DNA of 64,000 bases from an uncultured Thermococci archaeon (GTDB lineage Archaea > Methanobacteriota_B > Thermococci > Methanofastidiosales > Methanofastidiosaceae). The stretch's first letter is position 1, and every line of letters begins with the position of its first letter. This document shows positions 1 through 9,650 of this stretch, in pieces. The stretch spans positions 7,639-71,638 of the forward strand of contig CAZFRW010000001.1 of NCBI GenBank assembly GCA_964521515.1, given 5' to 3'. Made by a program: the position numbers and the translations under genes. A model generated the notes under the pieces. That model saw nothing but the letters and a program-made list of their open reading frames with translations, was not told where the DNA came from and made no database searches.

Positions 1-328
1 TTGTAAAATCAATAACCTGGTCTGGGAAAACAAGGTGTCCTGGGTGAATCTCTTCTCTTAATGAGCCTACGGCCGTTGTTGCCAGTATATGGGTACAACC
101 GATATTTTTTAATGCCAGTACATTCGCCCGGTAATTTACTCCTGACGGGTAAATCGAATGGTTCCTACCATGCCTTGCTAGGATTACCACATCCTTGCCC
201 TTTATTGTCCCTGTCATAAAAGAACTTGAAGGTTTCCCATACTTTGTCCTCATAACAATCTCTTCATAGTCTTTCAAGAGTTCTGGGTCGTCAAGCCCAC
301 TTCCACCTATAATGCCTATCTTTGTCAT
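1..328 (-). CDS. mtnP: S-methyl-5'-thioadenosine/5'-methylthioinosine phosphorylase, N-terminal part (runs off window start)
   Basis: Hand translation from ATG at 328: [19 protein letters not shown]...[21 protein letters not shown]...[20 protein letters not shown], typical MTAP/PNP family motifs. Confidence 0.85.
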   Translation of the reverse strand, partial: MTKIGIIGGSGLDDPELLKDYEEIVMRTKYGKPSSSFMTGTIKGKDVVILARHGRNHSIYPSGVNYRANVLALKNIGCTHILATTAVGSLREEIHPGHLVFPDQVIDFT

Positions 329-411
329 GTTATCACAAATTCTATACACTTTAATTATATAAAATTTCTTACAGCGAAAAATATTTAAGGTTTAATATAA
401 TCCTTTGCTCT

Positions 412-1434
412 ATGAAGAAAAAAGAACTATTAAGTAAGGAAATAGAACATATAGATATTAAAAGTTTTGACTCGACAGAGATAATTGACGCTTTTTCAAA
501 GATGGCCTTCCAGGCTAAAAATCTTGCAAGAGCCTCACATATACTTGAAAAGATGACTGAGGATAAGGACTGCTCAATAATCTTGTGTCTTGCCGGATCC
601 ATTTTTAGCGCAGGTCTAAAAAAAGTCGTATATGATATGGTAAAGCACAACATGGTCGATGCAATTGTTTCTACAGGTGCAATAATTGTCGACCAGGAGT
701 TCTTTGAAGCTCTAGGATTTAAGCACTACCAGGGGACACCTTTTATCGATGATGAAATCCTAAGAAAGCAGAGCATTGATAGGATTTATGACACATATAT
801 AGACGAAGATGATCTTAGGGTATGTGACATGACTATCGGAAAAATAGCAGATTCACTTGAGCCAAGACCATACTCTTCAAGAGAGTTTATCGTTGCAATG
901 GGAAAGTATCTTGATGAGCACGGAGCCAAAGTTAAAGACTCTATAGTGCTTGAGGCATACAAGAAGGGAGTTCCTATATTTGTTCCAGCATTTTCTGACT
1001 GCAGCGCCGGGTTTGGTCTTGTTTACCACCAGAACAATAGGGGAAACAAGCCCAAGGTTTCAATTGACAGCGCAAAGGATTTCTTTGAACTTACAAAGAT
1101 TAAGATGGCTTCAGAAGACACTGGCCTTTTCATGATAGGCGGAGGCGTTCCAAAAAACTTTGCTCAGGATGTACCAGTTGCAGCCGATGTGCTTGGGAAA
1201 GAGGTCAACATGCATAAATACGCAATCCAGATAACAGTAGCCGACGAGAGGGACGGGGCACTTTCAGGCTCTACTCTAAAGGAAGCACACTCATGGGGTA
1301 AGGTTGAAAGTGGCAGTGAACAGATGGTCTATGCAGAAGCTACAGTTGCCATGCCCTTGATAGTAAGCTATGCTTATCACAAAGGCGGCTGGAAGAAGAG
1401 AAAGGAAAACAGATACAACGATCTTCTAAAATAA
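412..1434 (+). CDS. Deoxyhypusine synthase-like protein (bacterial-like DHS/homospermidine-related subfamily)
   Basis: IDRIYDT, GGGVPKNF, DGALSGSTLKEAHSWGKV with the imine-forming Lys retained. Confidence 0.85.
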   Translation: MKKKELLSKEIEHIDIKSFDSTEIIDAFSKMAFQAKNLARASHILEKMTEDKDCSIILCLAGSIFSAGLKKVVYDMVKHNMVDAIVSTGAIIVDQEFFEALGFKHYQGTPFIDDEILRKQSIDRIYDTYIDEDDLRVCDMTIGKIADSLEPRPYSSREFIVAMGKYLDEHGAKVKDSIVLEAYKKGVPIFVPAFSDCSAGFGLVYHQNNRGNKPKVSIDSAKDFFELTKIKMASEDTGLFMIGGGVPKNFAQDVPVAADVLGKEVNMHKYAIQITVADERDGALSGSTLKEAHSWGKVESGSEQMVYAEATVAMPLIVSYAYHKGGWKKRKENRYNDLLK

Positions 1435-1509
1435 TCTTTTAATTTTTTATTAAAAAATTTTTTCTATTAATATGATAAATTAGAAAAGAGTTATTTTATA
1501 AAAAAATAT

Positions 1510-1929
1510 TTATTGTTTTTTCTGGATGATTTCGTCGGCCTGCATTTCTATATCGTTCATTCTAGCACTGATATTCTGGAGTGTTGCCTCGTTTTGGCCT
1601 AGGCTTTTTTCGACCTCTTTTAGGGTCTCATCAAGCTTTGAAATTGTCTCGTCAATACTCCTTTCCATTGTGACATCCCTTGCTAGGGTAGTTATCACAG
1701 TATTGACATCGGTGATAGTCCCTTTTACAAAGTTCCCAGCGCCTATTGGTATCAGGATTTCATTTCCTTTCTTTACGCCCTTTAGGCCTTCAAGTGTTAT
1801 CTTTGAAAGAGCAAGCTCGTTTCTATGGGAAGATAGCAATGACAGATTGTTTGAGAGTACTTTTGACTGCTCATTTAGGTAGTTTAGTTCAGAACTAAGC
1901 TTCCTTAAGGCTTCTTCCTCGCCTGCCAT
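1510..1929 (-). CDS. pfdA: Prefoldin alpha subunit
   Basis: Coiled coils flanking the EILIPIGAGNFVKG beta-hairpin; conserved position after rpl18a. Confidence 0.9.
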   Translation of the reverse strand: MAGEEEALRKLSSELNYLNEQSKVLSNNLSLLSSHRNELALSKITLEGLKGVKKGNEILIPIGAGNFVKGTITDVNTVITTLARDVTMERSIDETISKLDETLKEVEKSLGQNEATLQNISARMNDIEMQADEIIQKKQ

Positions 1930-2121
1930 TTACATATCCCCTTTTTTTTCTTCTATACTCTTTATTTCGATGTTTCTTCTTTTACATCCGTAAATTGATC
2001 CAAATTTGGCATAGATGTCCTCTAAAACATCCGTTTCCTTTGTGCCACTAAATTCTTTAACAAAATGTTTTGTGCTAGTTCTTAGTTTAATAATACCTTC
2101 AACTGTATAGGTTTTCATCAT
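1930..2121 (-). CDS. rpl18a: 50S ribosomal protein L18Ae/LX (eL20)
   Basis: MKTYTVEG...IYAKFGS.YGCKRRNIEIKSIEE; synteny aIF6-LX-pfdA; ATG downstream of GAGGTGA. Confidence 0.9.
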   Translation of the reverse strand: MMKTYTVEGIIKLRTSTKHFVKEFSGTKETDVLEDIYAKFGSIYGCKRRNIEIKSIEEKKGDM

Positions 2122-2131
2122 AAGATTCACC

Positions 2132-2785
2132 TCATACGCCCATTATGTCTTCAACATAACTTAATTCAATACCTGTTGTTGTTTCTCCAACAACTGCCCC
2201 TTTATCATTTACTATAATACAGGCCCCAATATAGGAAACTCCCCTATTTAGAGTTGACATCCTTACATCGACCTTTAACAGGTCTTTTATAAGGGAAATG
2301 TCTTCTTCCTTTGCTTCTTTGTGGACAAGGCATCCCATGTTGTTTGTCCTTGCTACACTGCCAACATATTTGTGATTTCCTATGGAAGCGATAGTTGTTT
2401 CAACACCTAGTGCATCTTCAATTAGCTTCTGCTCGTCTGTCAATATTGGGCTTATTATCGCTCCTTTGTCATTTGAAAGGATAAGATTTCCAACTGCAGT
2501 TTCCTTAGTGTTTAGGATGCAGTTATTTATCCCCATATCCTCTATTAATTGAAGCTCTTCGTCCTCAATTACATAAGGAAGTATAATCCCATTATTGTTA
2601 CCTGCAATATAAATGCCCGCTAGATCAGTTGCGGCAATTGTGCTCATTATAAGTTCAGTTCCAAGAGCTTCCTTTATAATTCCGGCATGCTCCCCAACAT
2701 CTTCTCTTACGATAGTTACATTGTTATTAGTAAAACTGAATATACCAACAAACGGATTGCCACTGATCTTCAACTGTCTTATCAT
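2132..2785 (-). CDS. eif6: Translation initiation factor aIF6
   Basis: GNPFVGIF, AVGNLILSNDKGA, TTGIEL pentein repeats. Confidence 0.95.
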   Translation of the reverse strand: MIRQLKISGNPFVGIFSFTNNNVTIVREDVGEHAGIIKEALGTELIMSTIAATDLAGIYIAGNNNGIILPYVIEDEELQLIEDMGINNCILNTKETAVGNLILSNDKGAIISPILTDEQKLIEDALGVETTIASIGNHKYVGSVARTNNMGCLVHKEAKEEDISLIKDLLKVDVRMSTLNRGVSYIGACIIVNDKGAVVGETTTGIELSYVEDIMGV

Positions 2786-2790
2786 TAACT

Positions 2791-3066
2791 TTACTCCGCA
2801 AGATAAGCAGTAACAACATCTCTCTTTTCTTCTTCCCCTTCTTCGCCCTTTACTATCTTAATTTTAATCTTTGAAGGAGAACTCTCAATGCCTTTTTCCC
2901 AGAGTTTCTCATTTAAGGATTTGTCAATCTTTACATTCTCACATTTTGAATGTTTAACAACAAACTCTCTCAAGGCTCTTGTTGCTCTTGCAGCTCTCTG
3001 TCCTTTTGGGGCTTCTTTAACTTTCCTTAAGGGTACCACATATAATCTCTCTTCATTATTGTCCAA
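2791..3066 (-). CDS. rpl31e: 50S ribosomal protein L31e
   Basis: ERLYVVPLR...RAARA...VKIDKSLNEKLWEKG; likely TTG start 5 nt after GAGGTGA (ORF track starts at 3075). Confidence 0.95.
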   Translation of the reverse strand: MDNNEERLYVVPLRKVKEAPKGQRAARATRALREFVVKHSKCENVKIDKSLNEKLWEKGIESSPSKIKIKIVKGEEGEEEKRDVVTAYLAE

Positions 3067-3077
3067 AGTTCTCACCT

Positions 3078-3233
3078 CTACTTCTTAAGAGAAGTTCTTC
3101 GCCAATTTCTTCTTTTTGGATGTGATCTAATTTTTAATTTAGTTTTGGCCCATACCCAAACAGGGACTCTTCTGTTTTGATTCATGGCCTTACCTAGTCT
3201 CTTCTTTTTTCCGAGTCCTTTGTTTCTCGACAT
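3078..3233 (-). CDS. rpl39e: 50S ribosomal protein L39e (absent from ORF track)
   Basis: Hand translation [58 protein letters not shown]; upstream of rpl31e. Confidence 0.95.
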   Translation of the reverse strand: MSRNKGLGKKKRLGKAMNQNRRVPVWVWAKTKLKIRSHPKRRNWRRTSLKK

Positions 3234-3451
3234 GATAATCCTCCAATAATAGCGAGTTTATTAGGCTTTTAAATATCTATTTATATGTCTTTTGTTTACG
3301 ATTCAGACGATAAATATTCTGTTTAAAAAGCTTTCAATCAGAATAATGCCACTATTAAATTAACTCTAAAATAAGAATTTGTAAATATAAAAAATAAAAG
3401 GACTTTTCCTATAGTGATTAGAAATAACCTTTTACAAAAAAACTCTACTAC

Positions 3452-3616
3452 TTAATATCTTCTTGGATTCTTCTTTTGGTAGCAATCCCTACAGTAAACA
3501 GGTCTTGTGCCATCTGGTTTAAATGGTACTTCAGTTTCCTGTCCACAAGCTGCACATGTTACTTTGTGCATTTCACGAGGTGGTCTGTTGTAGCCGCCTC
3601 GGTTTTCGCCATACAT
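3452..3616 (-). CDS. CxxC-x17-CxxC domain small zinc-binding protein (absent from ORF track)
   Basis: Hand translation MYGENRGGYNRPPREMHKVTCAACGQETEVPFKPDGTRPVYCRDCYQKKNPRRY; AGGAG SD upstream. Confidence 0.9.
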   Translation of the reverse strand: MYGENRGGYNRPPREMHKVTCAACGQETEVPFKPDGTRPVYCRDCYQKKNPRRY

Positions 3617-3872
3617 TTTTATTACTCCTTTATATATTTGACCCTTTTACAGGCCCTAAACATAGTATATGTAATTAGTTTATAAAGTTGTCGATTTTAG
3701 CTGATAGTTTTTATATCCAATTATCACTTTATTAAGATAATCTACAGTATTTTTTATATAATTAATACAAATTACGCGTTCTATTGCTACAAACATATAG
3801 AGTTATAATTTCCTAGTCTACATTTTATTACTTATTAAATTTTACAAAATATTTATATATTGGATTTAGAAA

Positions 3873-4481
3873 ATGCAAAATACAGATATAACTAGGGGTT
3901 CTATTTTGGAAGACATTACCAACTGTTTTAAGTGCGGGACAAAACTTCCCGAGGAATCTAACTACTGTTTCAAATGCGGCTTTAAAATAAAAGATTTTCA
4001 AATCGACAACATATTTTCTGACGACAATTCAAAAGATGATGCTCATTACTACGAAAAGGCATCAGAGAAGTTTTTTTTTGTAGGGCTTTCATTTTTCAAA
4101 AGTGGGGCATATCTAGAGGCCATTTCTAACTTTACAAAGGCAATTGAATTAAAAAATGATTTTGCTGAAGCCCACTACCACAGAGGTCAGGCATATATCA
4201 AAGAAAGCAAATACGATGACGCAATCAGTGACTTTACAAAAGCGATAGAAATTGATCCTACGTTTAAAGATGCATATTTCCAGCGCGGCAATACATTCTT
4301 TGAGCAGGGATCCAAAGAGAGGGCAAGAGAGGACTATGAAAAGATAATAGAGCTTGATATTGAAATATCCTCCCATATATTTGATAAATTACACAATTTC
4401 ATGGAGTCCTGGGTAAATAATATTACGAAGAACAATAAAACTAACCCTTCGATAGAAAATGATTTTGTAAATGACTCATAA
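3873..4481 (+). CDS. Double zinc-ribbon + TPR repeat protein
   Basis: CFKCG...YCFKCG then about three TPR motifs (AISNFTKAIEL, AISDFTKAIEIDP). Confidence 0.8.
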   Translation: MQNTDITRGSILEDITNCFKCGTKLPEESNYCFKCGFKIKDFQIDNIFSDDNSKDDAHYYEKASEKFFFVGLSFFKSGAYLEAISNFTKAIELKNDFAEAHYHRGQAYIKESKYDDAISDFTKAIEIDPTFKDAYFQRGNTFFEQGSKERAREDYEKIIELDIEISSHIFDKLHNFMESWVNNITKNNKTNPSIENDFVNDS

Positions 4482-4484
4482 TTT

Positions 4485-5021
4485 TTAGATATTGTATCTT
4501 CTTATCTTTTCTATAGATTTTCTGCTTTTCTTTTTAGGGGAATCGGCCGGATACCCAACAGCTATAATAAGTGAAACTGATTTATTTCCCGGGATTTTTA
4601 AAATCTGCTTAACATTCTTTTCGTTAAAATAGCCTAAGATACATGTCCCAAGCTCTTCTTCTGTCGCCTTAAGGCAGAAGTGTGAGGATACAATTCCAGC
4701 GTCCATGAGACTATAATCTCTTCCTTGGGTAAATCTTCCAAGAAAGCTTGTCATAACTGGATTCTCATTTACTACAACAACAAGGGCGGGCGCGGCAAGT
4801 GTGAATTTGTTGAATGAAGCTACCGCGTCAAATGTCTCTTTTGCAATTTTCTCTTTCAGTTCTGGATCATCTACTACTATGAAACTCCATGGTTGGGCAT
4901 TTACTGCAGAAGGTGCAAGTCTTGAAGCTTCAAGACACCTCTCAATCTTTTCCCTTTCAACTGCTTTGTCAAGGTATTTCCTGCAGCTGTACCTTTTTTC
5001 GCAAAGTTCTAAAAAATCCAA
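4485..5021 (-). CDS. Nitroreductase family protein
   Basis: RYSCRKY, APSAVNAQPWSF, LGTCILG. Confidence 0.9.
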   Translation of the reverse strand: MDFLELCEKRYSCRKYLDKAVEREKIERCLEASRLAPSAVNAQPWSFIVVDDPELKEKIAKETFDAVASFNKFTLAAPALVVVVNENPVMTSFLGRFTQGRDYSLMDAGIVSSHFCLKATEEELGTCILGYFNEKNVKQILKIPGNKSVSLIIAVGYPADSPKKKSRKSIEKIRRYNI

Positions 5022-5660
5022 TTATTCACCTTTATGGAGTTTTCTGTATTCCACATACGAGTAAACAACAAGGTATGCAGATACGACTAGGATCGGCCCT
5101 ATCATAAGGAGAAATGCTATATCTTTGAAGAATACTCCAAAAAAGGCTATTATCCCCGAGGCTTTGAAAAGCGTTGAACCGAGTTTGTGGGTCTTTTCCC
5201 AGACACGATCATCACTTATTGTCCAAGGTGTTCTGATACCAATAAAGAAGTTGCTTTTTGTTTTTTCCAAAGCAACACCCATATAAAAAAATAGGGCCCC
5301 AAAAGCAGGGCTTAGCATCTGGGTCATATTGAATTTGTATCCAAGCCCAGCCAGTAAAGATAGAATAAATAGGTAAAAAAGGAATCCTATTGTAACTAAA
5401 ATTATCCCTCTATAATAATTATCAAAATCCTCTATATTTTTTCCTCTTGGGTCATACTTTGGGATAAATGTAAAGAGCACAAATAAGCCAAATGAGATGG
5501 TAGGCAGTAAAAATACTCCCCAGAATTTGTCCATGTATCCATCAATCTCGCCTTGGGCATTCCAGTGGGTGGGCATAATATCTGGTAGATATTGATAAGC
5601 AAACGCACCGATAATAAATGATAGAAATATAATCCCTAAAGAGATATCATTAGCTTTCAT
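5022..5660 (-). CDS. SdpI family membrane protein (DUF1648 + SdpI)
   Basis: LPDIMPTHWNAQGEIDG; NFFIGIRTPWTISDDRVWEKTH. Confidence 0.88.
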   Translation of the reverse strand: MKANDISLGIIFLSFIIGAFAYQYLPDIMPTHWNAQGEIDGYMDKFWGVFLLPTISFGLFVLFTFIPKYDPRGKNIEDFDNYYRGIILVTIGFLFYLFILSLLAGLGYKFNMTQMLSPAFGALFFYMGVALEKTKSNFFIGIRTPWTISDDRVWEKTHKLGSTLFKASGIIAFFGVFFKDIAFLLMIGPILVVSAYLVVYSYVEYRKLHKGE

Positions 5661-5696
5661 TGCCCCAAAGAGAATCCTCTAGTTTAAAAAGTTATT

Positions 5697-7478
5697 TTAT
5701 TTTTGCCATTTAATCTTGTCATATATTTTGTGAGATACAGTTGATACTTCTCTTTCAAACCCATCCGAGATTTTGAATTTATCTTCATCATCTCCAATGT
5801 CCTTTGCGATTCTATATGCTTTTAAGAGGTCAGATTTTGTAATAATCCCATAAATCTCTTTTGAGATTGGATCTAATACTATAACCCTCCCGCATTTTCT
5901 CTCGTCCATTATCCCCAAGATTTTGGGCACTGTATCATAAGGAAGGACATAGTTTGGGGGGGACATTGCGTCCCTGATCTTTAGGAATGGTATCTTTTTA
6001 CTATCTATGTTTTTGACTTTGTTATTAGAGATGATACCTAAAAGCTCCCCTTCTTCTATCACGGGAAACCCAAGTTTTTTGTATTTCTTAACATAGTCCC
6101 AAAATTTAGTAAGCGGCATGTTTGGGTCCATTGAAATTATCTCTTTGGACATTATATCCTTGGCCCGGACATCGTTTAAATCCTTAGAAAACGACTTTAC
6201 CGTTGATAGTTTTCTATCAAGCTTTATCGTGTCTATTGATGACCTTCCTAAGAAAATTATCGAAACCCCATAGCTTACCATGACTGAAAGCATTATGGCC
6301 GGTATAATTGAATAGTCTGAGGTCATCTCTGGGATCATGACTATGCATGTCAATGGAACTTTTGCAACGCTTGCAAAAAATGCCCCCATTCCAATAAGTG
6401 CATATGCTTCTGGATAGCTTACTACGTTTGGTGCAAGCTGAACAAAGATTAACCCCATGGCACCTCCAATCATTGATCCTAGATATAGGGATGGTGAAAA
6501 TAATCCACCTGAAGCGCCTGAACCCAATGTGAATGAAGTTGCAAGCATCTTTGCTACAAAAAGAAGTAATAATAGCGATAGTCCAATCTTTCCAGAAAGT
6601 GCCGCATTTATCCCTTCAAAGCCACCGCCTAAAACTCCATACCGAACAAATGAAAATCCAATTAAACCTGTTAAAAGTCCACCAATAGCTGGCTTATAAT
6701 AAAATGGAATCTTAGCCTTTTCAAAACTGTCTTCAATTAAGTAGAATACTTTAATGAATACATATGAGGCAACACCGGTCACTGCACCAAGCAGGATGTA
6801 AAATGGTACCTCTGCCGGATTAAAGGCAAAAGGTATTGCGTGTATCATCGCTTCTTGGCCTAAAACAGCCCTGGAAAAACTCACTGAGATTACGGAGGCA
6901 AGTGCAATCGGTATTACGCTTAGCGGAGAAAAATCAGCAAGAATCAATTCGAAACCAAATATTGCACCACCAAGCGGTGTATTAAACGCGGCAGAAAGAC
7001 CAGAGGATAATCCGCTTACAACAAGTATCCTTGTTTTTCTCTCGTCAAATTTAAAGAACTGGCCGAAAGCAGATCCGATAGAGGCCCCAATCTGGGCGAT
7101 AGGACCTTCCCTTCCTGCGCTCCCCCCGCTCCCGATAGTAATTGCAGAAACTATTGTCTTAAAGAATGCAACCCTTTTTCTGATAATGCTTCCCTTGGCG
7201 TTTATGGCATACATGACTTCTGGGATGCCATGGCCTTTTGATTCCTTGCAATATCTGTATATGATTGGCCCAACTATAAGCCCTCCTATGGCCGGTATTA
7301 AAATAATACTCAGGGCCTCAAAGAATCCTCTTTGGAAAATTGTTTCAAAGAAATATTTACTGTAGTCTATCATCTTGGCAAAGACTATAGCCCCTATAGC
7401 CCCAAATATACCTAAAATTATGGCTATAAAGTTAAGTTCTGCCCATTCTTTAAGATAATGTAAGTTTTTAATTTGCAC
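5697..7478 (-). CDS. ClC family chloride channel/antiporter with C-terminal CBS pair
   Basis: GHGIPE, GREGP, GGLFSP motifs; CBS domains. Confidence 0.92.
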   Translation of the reverse strand: MQIKNLHYLKEWAELNFIAIILGIFGAIGAIVFAKMIDYSKYFFETIFQRGFFEALSIILIPAIGGLIVGPIIYRYCKESKGHGIPEVMYAINAKGSIIRKRVAFFKTIVSAITIGSGGSAGREGPIAQIGASIGSAFGQFFKFDERKTRILVVSGLSSGLSAAFNTPLGGAIFGFELILADFSPLSVIPIALASVISVSFSRAVLGQEAMIHAIPFAFNPAEVPFYILLGAVTGVASYVFIKVFYLIEDSFEKAKIPFYYKPAIGGLLTGLIGFSFVRYGVLGGGFEGINAALSGKIGLSLLLLLFVAKMLATSFTLGSGASGGLFSPSLYLGSMIGGAMGLIFVQLAPNVVSYPEAYALIGMGAFFASVAKVPLTCIVMIPEMTSDYSIIPAIMLSVMVSYGVSIIFLGRSSIDTIKLDRKLSTVKSFSKDLNDVRAKDIMSKEIISMDPNMPLTKFWDYVKKYKKLGFPVIEEGELLGIISNNKVKNIDSKKIPFLKIRDAMSPPNYVLPYDTVPKILGIMDERKCGRVIVLDPISKEIYGIITKSDLLKAYRIAKDIGDDEDKFKISDGFEREVSTVSHKIYDKIKWQK

Positions 7479-7574
7479 TTATTATAGAAACCCAATTACC
7501 AATTTAAAGATTTACCTCTTCATACCAAAAAGCTTTAAAAACATAACAATAATGCTCTTTTAATACCAAGAGAG

Positions 7575-8033
7575 GTGAGTATTATTACAACAGTATATGA
7601 TGTTCCTGCTGATATGCTAATTGATGGTGTTAAGGAAGAGTTGAAAAACGACAAGAATTTGACACCACCCCAGTGGGCAACCTTTGTTAAGACCGGATCA
7701 TCAAGAGAGAAAGTTCCAGACCAGCAAGACTGGTGGTATATAAGAGCGGCAGCTATAATGAGAAAGGTTTACGTTTACGGACCAGTCGGCGTTGAGACAT
7801 TGAGAGTCGACTATGGTGGCAAAAAGAACAGAGGCGTAAAACCTGAGAAGTTTAGAAAATCATCTGGTGCAATTATTAGAAAGATATTTTCACAGCTTGA
7901 GAAAGGCGGATACATAACGAAAGCTGAGAAGGGAAGAATAATATCCTCCCAAGGAATGTCTCTTCTTGACAAAAAGGCTTTAGAGATTAAGTCCAAGATA
8001 GCAGTAGATATACCTGAACTTAATAAATATTAA
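7575..8033 (+). CDS. rps19e: 30S ribosomal protein S19e (true start possibly ATT at 7584)
   Basis: TTVYDVP, WATFVKTG, DWWYIRAAAIMRK, GAIIRKIFSQLE. Confidence 0.97.
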   Translation: MSIITTVYDVPADMLIDGVKEELKNDKNLTPPQWATFVKTGSSREKVPDQQDWWYIRAAAIMRKVYVYGPVGVETLRVDYGGKKNRGVKPEKFRKSSGAIIRKIFSQLEKGGYITKAEKGRIISSQGMSLLDKKALEIKSKIAVDIPELNKY

Positions 8034-8045
8034 TAAAGTGATTTT

Positions 8046-8375
8046 TTGCCGGACGAAGCTGAAGCCATAAAGAAAAAGAAGTTAGAAGAACTTCAACAGC
8101 AAGCGTTAGCTGATGAAAAGGCTAGGCAGCAGAAGGTTGAATTTGAACTTCAGAAGCAGCAAATATTACGTGCACTTCTTTCCTCTGAAGCCAGAGAGAG
8201 GCTTACTAGGGTAAAGATGGCAAGAAAAGAAGAAGCCGAGCAGATAGAACTTTTATTGATTCAGCTTTACCAACAAGGAAAAATCACAAAGCAAGTTGAC
8301 GATGCGATGTTAAAACAGATCCTCGAAAAGGCCCTTATGAGCAACAAGAGGGAGTTTAAGATTCGAAGGATCTAG
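8046..8375 (+). CDS. PDCD5-like dsDNA-binding protein
   Basis: LLSSEARERLTRVKM...IELLLIQLYQQGKI; conserved after rps19e. Confidence 0.9.
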   Translation: MPDEAEAIKKKKLEELQQQALADEKARQQKVEFELQKQQILRALLSSEARERLTRVKMARKEEAEQIELLLIQLYQQGKITKQVDDAMLKQILEKALMSNKREFKIRRI

Positions 8376-8380
8376 TCGTT

Positions 8381-8989
8381 ATGGAAACGGCTGTCTTATT
8401 TTCTGGGGGGAAGGATTCCTCCCTTACTAATATTTTTCTAAAAAAAATACTTCCTTGTGAGATTACAAATTACACAATAACATTTGGTATAAACTCCAAC
8501 TGGAAGTATGCAGAAGAGACTGCAAAGGCACTTGAATTTCCCTTTAAACTTTATGAAATTGATAAAGAGCTGCTTGAGAAAACCGTCGATAGAATTGTGA
8601 GGGACGGATTTGCAAACGATGGCATTACATTTCTCCACAAATGGGTGATAGAGTCTTTCTTGGAAGATGTAAATGTTGACATGATCGCAGATGGAACTAG
8701 AAGGGACGACAGAAGCCCTAGATTAGAGCTTTCTGATATGAGGCGCATTGAAGATAAGTATGATGTGGCATACGTTGCGCCCCTTATGGGGATAAGCTAC
8801 AGGATATTAAAACCGATATGTCACGCCTTATTTATCATAGAGGAAGGGCCTACCGACCTTATTAAAAAAAGTGATTATGAGTCTGAGATAAAAGACTTAA
8901 TGAAACAAAGAGGCCTTTATCCTTATGATTTTTTCCCAAAACACTCCCAGAGCAGAGTAATAGGGTATAAAGACCGATACGCATTCTAG
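8381..8989 (+). CDS. PP-loop ATPase family protein (archaeal, conserved after rps19e-PDCD5)
   Basis: LFSGGKDSSL, ADGTRRDD, SDYESEI, HSQSRV. Confidence 0.8.
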   Translation: METAVLFSGGKDSSLTNIFLKKILPCEITNYTITFGINSNWKYAEETAKALEFPFKLYEIDKELLEKTVDRIVRDGFANDGITFLHKWVIESFLEDVNVDMIADGTRRDDRSPRLELSDMRRIEDKYDVAYVAPLMGISYRILKPICHALFIIEEGPTDLIKKSDYESEIKDLMKQRGLYPYDFFPKHSQSRVIGYKDRYAF

Positions 8990-9149
8990 TGATTATTTTA
9001 ATTAAAACAATTGTTTTTTCTAAATCCTTTATCTTTTAATATTTTTAATGATAAACTATTTAATTAAATGTTACCTTTATTGTTTAACATTATTAACTAA
9101 AATGATTAACTATATCTTCTCATCAATTACCATAACTAGTGGTGATCAT

Positions 9150-9605
9150 ATGGCAATGTTCAATGAGACTTATGCGAAATTAAAGAATCAGACTGAACTT
9201 GAGATTCTAAAGACTATTAGAACAGCGCTCTATGAAGTTGGATATCCAGGTGGCAAGTATCTTGAAAAACTACAGATAATTTCTGCCATATACCAACTTT
9301 ACAGGGCAAAGGATTTGGTCAAAGAGATTAAAAATAAAAGTGATTACCAGTTTAGAGATCTTATTACCTCCATTTATGTTGATATAGATTCACTTTCCCG
9401 AGAGTTTGAATATACGAGAGACCACCCTTCAGTTGAAAGATGCGATATTGCAAGAGAAAAATTATTTGGTGTTCGGGATAAAATGGTGCAGCTATGTAAA
9501 AATCTCGGCGTAACAGATGGAGAGATTTCAAATATTCTAAGGGACTACACTCCAAGACCAAATGAAGATCTTACAAGTTACCGCAAGAACACAAATAGGA
9601 GATAA
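9150..9605 (+). CDS. Hypothetical helical protein
   Basis: Open frame; ATG at 9150 lies 4 nt after GGTGA (ORF track starts at 9048); no family recognised. Confidence 0.65.
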   Translation: MAMFNETYAKLKNQTELEILKTIRTALYEVGYPGGKYLEKLQIISAIYQLYRAKDLVKEIKNKSDYQFRDLITSIYVDIDSLSREFEYTRDHPSVERCDIAREKLFGVRDKMVQLCKNLGVTDGEISNILRDYTPRPNEDLTSYRKNTNRR

Positions 9606-9650
9606 TTTCTTTCCTGTTCTTTTTTATAATGATTTTTTAAAATAATTGTT

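Noticed and set aside
3476..3685. 69-aa plus-strand ORF
   Set aside because: Shadow of the CxxC-x17-CxxC gene on the minus strand
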